From a virus (Duplodnaviria; Caudoviricetes), in the IMG/VR virus record IMGVR_UViG_3300021085_000037, positions 1-57,145 of that record: a stretch of 57,145 nucleotides of DNA; one strand, written 5' to 3'. Below, one piece after another: positions 9,102 through 17,400 of this stretch (its first letter is position 1; every line of letters starts with the position of its first letter). Below the pieces are notes generated by a model. It did not search any database and was not told the origin of the DNA. It saw nothing but the letters and a program-made list of their open reading frames with translations. The translations under genes and the position numbers were made by a program.

Positions 9102-9561
9102 TTTAAATAGTAGATATAAAACAGATGCTTTAGTAAAAGCAAGAGCTATATGTTATAAGATATTAAGAGACGAATGTCTTATGTCTTATAAATATATAGG
9201 AGATAACTTTGGGAAAAATCACGCAACAATTATACATGCATGTAAAGAGTTTAAGTGGATGCTTCAATCTGATAGATCTATGGAAAGAATGTATCATACT
9301 GTGCTCAGTCTTTGGAAAGAGGAAGCACAAGATTATATAGAATTAAAACCAGCTGAACTAAAAAAAGAACTAAAAGATTTGGCTGAACAAAATAAAATGT
9401 TAAATTTGTCCTTAATTAATGTTCAAGAACAGTGCGAAGAGATACGGAGATATACCAGTAAATATTCTAACATTGTAAATCTAATTGAAGGAAGAAATTT
9501 ACCTGAACAAAAATTAAAAGAGGTTGAAACTAAGTTAAATCATGTATTAAATGGATTGTAA
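9043..9561 (+). CDS. Second DnaA domain-IV-like protein with C-terminal coiled coil
   Basis: RYKTDALVKARAICYKIL..IGDNFGKNHATIIHACK followed by a heptad-rich tail. Confidence 0.7.
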   Translation: MNHLKVQAIKNLVTSQTGLDLNSRYKTDALVKARAICYKILRDECLMSYKYIGDNFGKNHATIIHACKEFKWMLQSDRSMERMYHTVLSLWKEEAQDYIELKPAELKKELKDLAEQNKMLNLSLINVQEQCEEIRRYTSKYSNIVNLIEGRNLPEQKLKEVETKLNHVLNGL

Positions 9562-9790
9562 ATATAAATATACAGACATCGAGAGGATAATGGGATACTC
9601 CACTTGGACTGATAAAAAGAAGGTAGACACCTTACTTCACATCGACTGTATTATGTATACAAATTTAGGGATCGACTCTTCTAAAAATGAAAGATCAACA
9701 ACAAAACAATTATCAAAAAAAATTTATAAAGCAATCAAAGAAATCAAGCCAGAACTTGGAGTATCTTTATTGTCAGCAATGGATAACTAA
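9551..9790 (+). CDS. Hypothetical protein
   Basis: Overlapping operon ORF. Confidence 0.65.
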   Translation: MDCKYKYTDIERIMGYSTWTDKKKVDTLLHIDCIMYTNLGIDSSKNERSTTKQLSKKIYKAIKEIKPELGVSLLSAMDN

Positions 9791-9981
9791 TGTCAAAAAT
9801 AGCACCCGAAGATACACAGGCTATAACTCACATAACATATATATGTGACAAAGTCCACGACTTCGGTGATGAACTCTACGAAGATCTAATGGAGAGGGAT
9901 CATATCCAAGCAAAAGAAAAAGCTCAAGAGCTAATTAAAGAGTTAGCTGATCTCATTCAATCTTTATCCGATGAGATATAA
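9790..9981 (+). CDS. Hypothetical acidic helical protein
   Basis: TAATG stop-start coupling with the upstream gene. Confidence 0.6.
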   Translation: MSKIAPEDTQAITHITYICDKVHDFGDELYEDLMERDHIQAKEKAQELIKELADLIQSLSDEI

Positions 9982-10022
9982 AAAACATATAGATATATGT
10001 ATTGTAATTTGGCCATCATAAC

Positions 10023-10370
10023 ATGGCTTACAAAGACAAGAAAGACCAGGCAGCATGTTCTAAAAAGCACTATGAAGCTAATAAAGAAAACATTAAGCGT
10101 AGGTCTTCTACCCGTAATAAATTACAACGAGATAAAAATATAGCTTATGTTAATGAGATAAAAAGAATAACTCCTTGTGTTGATTGTGGATGTGTTAATC
10201 CAGTACTGTTAGAGTTTGATCATGTTAGGGGAGAAAAAGAGAAGTGCATATCTGATATGGTTAGGGGAGCATATAGTATTGATACCATACAGAAGGAGAT
10301 AGATAAATGTGAAGTAAGATGTGCTAATTGTCATAGACTAATAACACATCAAAGGAGAATAAATAAGTAG
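10023..10370 (+). CDS. HNH endonuclease (zinc-binding)
   Basis: CVDC..LEFDH..CEVRCANCHRLITH. Confidence 0.8.
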   Translation: MAYKDKKDQAACSKKHYEANKENIKRRSSTRNKLQRDKNIAYVNEIKRITPCVDCGCVNPVLLEFDHVRGEKEKCISDMVRGAYSIDTIQKEIDKCEVRCANCHRLITHQRRINK

Positions 10371-10443
10371 GACGAGTAGCTCAACTGGACAGAGCAACAA
10401 CCTTCTAAGTTGTAGGTTGAAGGTTCGAGTCCTTCCTCGTTCA
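10370..10443 (+). tRNA. tRNA-Arg (anticodon UCU)
   Basis: Acceptor GGACGAG/CTCGTTC, D arm GCTC/GAGC, anticodon stem ACAAC/GTTGT with loop CTTCTAA, T arm GAAGG-TTCGAGT-CCTTC; CCA not encoded. Confidence 0.93.
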
Positions 10444-10456
10444 CAAAACAAAAGAG

Positions 10457-10702
10457 ATGGATGAAATATTAGAAGACTTAAAAGATCATGAATGTTTGTT
10501 AGCGGATGGATTTAATGAAGCTATAGTTGGCATTAGTCTTGGTGCAAATCCAAGAGCTATATATGATAGTAGAAAATGCATTAGAATATTAGTAGCGGAT
10601 CAAGACATGACAGAGGAAGATGCTGTAGATTATTTTTACTACAACACAGTACAAGCATACATGGGAGACAACACACCAATATTTATAAACGCATATGAAT
10701 AA
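10457..10702 (+). CDS. Conserved phage hypothetical protein
   Basis: LLADGFNEAIVG..AIYD..EEDAVDYFYYN..AYMGDNTP pattern recalled from aquatic phage proteins. Confidence 0.7.
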   Translation: MDEILEDLKDHECLLADGFNEAIVGISLGANPRAIYDSRKCIRILVADQDMTEEDAVDYFYYNTVQAYMGDNTPIFINAYE

Positions 10703-11087
10703 AGAAGTAGCTAAGGAACTACATAAGTTCAGTAAAGTAATAGCAGAAAGATTCTCCAGACCTGATAGAGAGGGGAATGGATCTAAAGAAACATTTAAAG
10801 TAGAGGAGGTTATACCAACATCCGAACACACAGCTGTAATTAATTTTAAAAAGAACAGTGGTAAGATAGGTGTGGCTTTCTGTTATTATATAGCAAGAGG
10901 TATGTCTAAAGGTTGGAAGTATTTCTTTCCAACTGATTCTCATCTCAATGGATTCCAAGCATTTATATATTATAAATTAGAAGCGGAAAGAAAGAACTAT
11001 GATAAAAATTTTATTGTAGATCAATACAACAGAAACAGAGATAGCAAGGATCAAATAGAACACGAATATGAAATACAAAACGATTAG
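10695..11087 (+). CDS. Hypothetical protein
   Basis: Overlapping co-oriented ORF. Confidence 0.7.
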   Translation: MNKEVAKELHKFSKVIAERFSRPDREGNGSKETFKVEEVIPTSEHTAVINFKKNSGKIGVAFCYYIARGMSKGWKYFFPTDSHLNGFQAFIYYKLEAERKNYDKNFIVDQYNRNRDSKDQIEHEYEIQND

Positions 11088-11259
11088 GTCTGTACTCAGA
11101 CAAAACATTGAAAGAAAAGTAAACACATTATGGACGTGGGATAGGGAGGAAAAAAACTTTACTCAAATCTATCAGAACTTTAACGATAAACTCCCTATCT
11201 ACACTGCCAATCAATTACTGGAAGAAATAGAAAAAGAGATTAAGAAGACTGCTTCTTAG
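11068..11259 (+). CDS. Hypothetical protein, last gene of the + arm
   Basis: Overlaps the upstream gene and converges on the - arm. Confidence 0.6.
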   Translation: MKYKTIRSVLRQNIERKVNTLWTWDREEKNFTQIYQNFNDKLPIYTANQLLEEIEKEIKKTAS

Positions 11260-11473
11260 CTAATATTTCTGCACACTTTTCGTACTCTTCAGTGGATGTA
11301 AAGTATTCAATAAGAACATCATACACATCATCCACCATTACAATAGTTGGCTTTTCTGGATTATGAATAAAGTACAATGTATCTTGTTCTTCTAACAATT
11401 CATCCACTGTTTTCTTTCCAAGTAGTAATTCATAACTACTTCTCATGCATAAGTCTTCATTAAATTCTGGCAT
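11240..11473 (-). CDS. Hypothetical protein with UVR-like C-terminal helix
   Basis: Ends EEYEKCAEI; start coupled to the giant protein stop. Confidence 0.6.
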   Translation of the reverse strand: MPEFNEDLCMRSSYELLLGKKTVDELLEEQDTLYFIHNPEKPTIVMVDDVYDVLIEYFTSTEEYEKCAEILAKKQSS

Positions 11474-14400
11474 TATCTCGATTTTTGTCTTGAGTTAGTT
11501 GATCTTGCAGATCCTCTTGATCCTGTTCCCCTTGATCCTGTACTTCTTGATGTACCACCATCGCCACCATCATCAGATGGTCGGTAAGATGGACTAATAC
11601 CAAACATCATCATCACTGCTTCATCATCTGTAGTGTCTCCTATATCAGCACCCAATACATTAAACAGTCCAATGAATGGATCTAACTGAGCACCCATAGC
11701 AATCTCTAATAAAGGTTGTGCAGATTTAAAACCATTATCTTCCTTCATTCCTTTTATTACTTTTCTCATGATACTCTTATATGGATTCATTACATCATCA
11801 CCAAAACCTCTTTCGCCTCTTGCTTTAGCAATAGCAACTTCAGAAGCACCACCTATTAATGGAACTTGATATAAAAGATTTAACCCCATAGCCGCATCTT
11901 TTATTCTACTCATTGCTTCCTCCTCATCTTCATCATCTCCACTAAACTTCATCATGTTAGCAACAGCAACAAACAATACGTTGGCAACAGCAAGGTTTAA
12001 AGTAAAAGACCTTACGTCTTTTTGTAGTTGATTCTTATCAGACTTCTTACCTTCTTTTAATGCTCTCATTATATTGGTAGTAGAAGACATAACCTTATTC
12101 ATTTGTAAGAATAATGTACTACCAAACATAGTAAAGGATCGAGTAAGTTCATCACCAGATAACTGTAACATATTTTTATCACTTGATCTTCTGGACTGCT
12201 GTGTAGCATTGTAGTTATTAAATGCTTGTAGTGCATCAGCTTTACTCATACCATTAGCAATGTTTCTATTATAGTTAGCCATGTAACCCATAACACCCAT
12301 AACATCTCCAATAATAGTTGGAGAAGCAGCTGCTGTTTTTAATAGCTGTATAGTTCTTTGAACCTTACTTGCTCTTGGAGACATAGGCTTATAGGTTCTA
12401 CTACCAGCCTCTAAACCATATACATCACCCTCTAATCCTTGAGCCAAACGATTTCTAAAATCAGGAGACATTGCATATGCTTTCTTTACTTGCTTAGGAA
12501 ATGTAGCAATTACCTTTGCTATATCAGCCATAAACATAATCATATCTAAACCAGGAGTTCTTTTACCCCCCTTGCTAAATACATAATCTTCATATGCATT
12601 TACAAATGAAGTAGCCTGTTTAGGTATCTGAATAATTTTAAAGCTCAATGCATACTGAGTAAACTTACTCATGATACCAGCAAGTTTACTCGCTTGTTGT
12701 TTTAATCCAGAGTTTGGATTAACAGAAACATTAATAATATTTTTAACAACTTGTTTTACACCAAGCTCTTGCATTAATGTATCAACAGCTTTATTAGAAA
12801 ATATATTATTTAATATTTTAGTTCCTTCAGCAAACGCTTTGTATCTCTCCATGCTATCTATATGTGCACTCAATACATTAGTAAACCCTAATCCAGTTTT
12901 TAAAGTACCCTCTCTATCAACACGTTTCTTAAATGCACTATCATACTCTGCATTAAAAATACCATTAAAGTTAGCACCACCATCTTCCATGATCATTGAG
13001 TCTACGTTCTCTGATAAGGTGCTGGTAGGAAAATAGTTGGCTACATAATTAAGATTTACATCATTAACTTGTTTGTAGGTTTGATTTGTTTCTTCAAAGT
13101 ATTGGTTACTTAAAAAGTCTACTACCTTATCTACAAACTCTACAGCTATTGGCCCTATGGTTCTTTCTACCTCACTCATAACATCTGCATCGTAACCCAT
13201 CTTCTCCAGCTTAGCAGATTGAATATCATTTTTAGATAATGCATATAACCTCATCATCTCATCTATAGTTATAGTAACCTCTTTACCTTTTATATATAGT
13301 TTTCTTGTTCCTTTAGGTAGTAAGGTTAGTAACTCTTTATACCCTTTAGTAACACCCTCAATAGAATTAGCAATACCACCTAACCCTTCAGTCATAGAGT
13401 CTAACATTCTTTGCTTACCCTCAAGAGCTTTAGTCTCCATTCTGTTTATTCTATTATAAACATTATCAATAAAGAATTTATTACCCTTAGCTACATTATC
13501 CATTAGATTCATAAGAGTACCGAGGTGTGCTATCTTCTTTCTGAAGAAATCAGCAATACCTATACCGCTTGTAAATTGATACCTATTAGCCCAAGACTTT
13601 ATACCATCCCATATTTTTAGTTCTTGAAATTTATTCCAAGTTGATCGAGCATCTTGATCTAAATCATTCTCATCTTTTAAAGTTCCATCTTCATTAAACA
13701 AGAAAGGATAGTTTTCTTTTATTTCATTAGTTGCTTGTTCGTCAAGCTGTGCCTGAGCTATTGCTCTTTTTAATCTGTTGGCTGCTAATCTTTTTATAGA
13801 TTCAGCTCTAACATCTTTTACTCCAGCAAGTAATTCTGTAACATCTTCAAGACTCATGTTTTGGATATCACCAAAAGTATCTAAAGCTGTTATCATTTCT
13901 AAAACTTTAGTTTCTTTTAGTGTCAGTTTCTCACCTCTCATTTCTTTAGCTAACACATCTTTAACAGATATAACTTTACCACCAATAGTAATCTCTGGCT
14001 TATTAAGTTCATCAATTAAACTCTGTAGAGCTTCAGGTCTTTTTGTATCTAATGCTAAGTCTAATATTTTTTTAACTGTTGCGAAGAACTGTTGTCCTTC
14101 AGCATCTAATCCTTTACTTCTTTCTTTACCACTCTTAGTTAAAGTCTTACCAGCTTTCTTATCTACTATAGCTTTTATCTTTTTTATAATAGCTTTCTTC
14201 TGCTTCTCTCTTTGTGCTTCTACTATATCTAATACTATTTTAGCATCAGCTAAATATGTTGCAGCACTTGACTTCTCTATAAGATTTGATACTCTATCAA
14301 TAACAGACTTACTATATTCTCCTTTAGGAAGAGCTGTTCTTATAAATTGACGTAGTCTTGCTTTACCTTGCTGAGCAGCTTTGACACCTTGCTTAAACTT

Positions 14401-17400
14401 TAACAATCCTTTTCTGATATCATTAATAGTTTTTTGAATCTTACGATTAGCTGTTGTAGCTAATGTTCTATCAAAAGCACTAACCAATTCATCCTGAACT
14501 ATCTTAGGTTGTTTTTTAAAGTCTTCATTGTTAGTTAAAAGATCAAAAGCCTTTTGACGTAGTTCACCATTGGTAGGTTTTTTCTTTTTAAACTTTGCCA
14601 ATTGAAGTGTAACTGCTTCATAAATTCTTTTACCTACATTCATACCTCCCTCTACATTTCCAAATGCACGAGGTATACTATCAATTAAAAATCCATCTCT
14701 CGCTAATAAGACTTCTATATCATCAGCCTTAACTTTTCTAACTCGTTTAAGGTAATCACTAATTGCAGCATCAGAGAAATCCATTTGTCTTGCCTTCTCA
14801 ACTATATCTTTATTAGTATCCTCTGAACTAAATTCTACCTGTTGTAGTCTTTCATTTAATGGTGGGTTATATTTTCTACCGTTCTTAGTTATATAGTATC
14901 CTGTTAAACCACCATCACCATAAGATCTATACGCAGCTTTTAAACCATAGCCTTGTTTCTCTAATTGCTTTCTAAGTGCAGCTGGATTCCATAGTTGATT
15001 AGAAAAGAATCCAGATTGATTCATTCCATTTTGTTGTGCAAGTTTTGTTACCTTTTGTTTTGGATTTAGCTCAGCCTTCTGTTCTCTTTCATTAGGTGTG
15101 TAAGGTTTAGGTTTGTTTGCTTCTGTAAAGTATTCAATCTTACCCCTTCCAAAAACTCTGAATCCAACAACAGTAGCTTCCTCTACAGATCGTACTGGTT
15201 TACCATCCATTGTTTCAAATAAATTACCAGTCATAGGATTAAACCTAATTTCTACACCATCAAAATTTGTATCAGCAAGAGGCACTTCTTGGTAAAGCCC
15301 ATCAACTGAAGCTATAGGAGTTTTATTAGTTATACCTTCCTTTATCTTATATATACCAAGTTGACTGGTGTTAAGGTGGGCATCTTTTAATGTTACAGCT
15401 GGAGCATAGTTTATTGCTTCACCGCCAAAGAATCCTGATTTACCATCTACTCTTTTATATTTATCGCTAACCTGTCCTTTATGTACAGTTTGAATAGGAA
15501 TCCCTTTATTTTTTAATACATTTAGATTCAACCTAATTCCAACCTTTTCACCTTGTTTCGGTTGTAATCCTTTAGCTATAACTTCTACTGATCTTTTATC
15601 ACTATCTAAAGCCTTATCTACCTCGTCTTGAGTAAACTCAAAACTTCTTTGCTGACGCTCATTAGTCTCAGGATATAATAATTCTAAATCTTTCTGAGAT
15701 ATCTCTTCTCCTGTTACATCTATATTAGAAGGAACTGTATCTACATATTGACCACCCATTGCAGAACGAGCTGCTAAAGGTTTCTTTCTTTTTCCTAATG
15801 GAGTTTGATTACCAGCAACTGGTTTAGCATTAGGAAATACTTTTCGTACATCAACAGCTTTATTAAATACCATTATTGGATTACCAGGTATTGCCCATGG
15901 ATAAGCTGGGTGATATCCAGGATCTCCTTCTTTTAATTTAAATGGCTTACCTTCTTTATCAAATTGAATAGCAGAAACAATATCACCATAAGATACATCA
16001 GCTATAGATGGATCATTAACCGCACTCTCTACATCTGCATTAATAGTTTTAAGAGGTGAGAACGGATAGATACCAAACTTATCATAAGACTCTTTGCTCA
16101 TAAATGTTTTAGCAAAGCTACCTCGCTGTTCAAAGTTTAATGTTTTAAGTAAGTCTTGTAGTTCTTGAACACTTTTTATCTGAGCTGGTAATCCTTTCTT
16201 TTTTAATCCGTTAGCTACTTTAGTTAGTTTTAACTTCTCATTAATATATGCTACCATTTCTTTAGGAGATGCACCTTTCTTTATTGCATGTGCTACTTCT
16301 GCATTTAAGAAATCATAGAATTGTAGATTACCTGTAATACCATCTGAAGCCTGAGACATAACAAGTCCCACACCATCGCTTTCTTTAGCTTTATTTAAAA
16401 CTTTATTAGCAGCAGTTTCATTTGAGAATACCCATGCGGCATTACTACCTTGAGATTGTGCACCATATGGATATAAGAAACCACCATTAAACATAAATTC
16501 TAAACCTGATGGACTTTTAGTTTTACCATATGTAGCTTGATCAGCAGCAAAAACAAATGCGTTGGTTCCACTTAAATCATTTATTGAACCACGCTCTATT
16601 TCATTAGTGTTTATACCACCTCTATCTACCATAGACTTTCTTTCAGTAGCATCTAAATTTATAGGTGGCCCATTGTCTTCTATGTTGTTAGGTATATTAC
16701 CTTCAGCATTATCAACTGGTTTACCCATGTCGCTAACTTCAAAAGCATCTAAGTTAACTTCATCTATTTGTTTACCTTCTTTTATGTTTTCAGCCATAGA
16801 CTGTAACACTTCCAGAATATCATCTTCTTGTACCACTAATTTGTTAGCTACCTCTTTAGATAAACCAACCATTTGAGATACTTTAGCTATCCATTTTTTA
16901 ACAAGGCTTTTCTCAGGAGTATTTAATACCTTATAATTATCCGCTAATATTCCTATCAACTCAGACAAGTATTCTTCATTTTGATATTGTGTGTATTGAT
17001 TAGAAAACTCTTTTAACTTTTCTTTTAATGCTGGATCAGTAATTTTTTTATCTAAAGCTGCAACCATTCTTTTAGTTACATCAGCTATCTTAAGATCTGA
17101 TCCATACTTATTAAATACTACAGCATGGAATACTTCATGTGCTATTGTTTTACCATTAGCATTAGCCATATTGATATGAATATCATTTGTTCCTGGAGCA
17201 TACAAACCTCTACTTCCTTTCTTACCTTGTGATGCTCTTGATGTTTGACCAGTAGCTCTATTGTAAGATTCTTCAGTACGGTGTAATACAAAATTTACAC
17301 CAGGTAATATTTTCTTTGCTGCCTTAGCAGCCATCTTAGCTAAAGAAACAATTTTTAGTTCTTGTACTTTTTGTTGTACTTCACTACCATCATACTTAGG

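Noticed and set aside
10396-10415. tRNA read as an amber suppressor (CTA in the loop), implying TAG recoding as in some crAss-like phages
   Set aside because: The stem ACAAC/GTTGT encloses the 7-nt loop CTTCTAA, which centres on TCT (Arg). Long ORFs are intact in the standard code, and several genes end in TAG.
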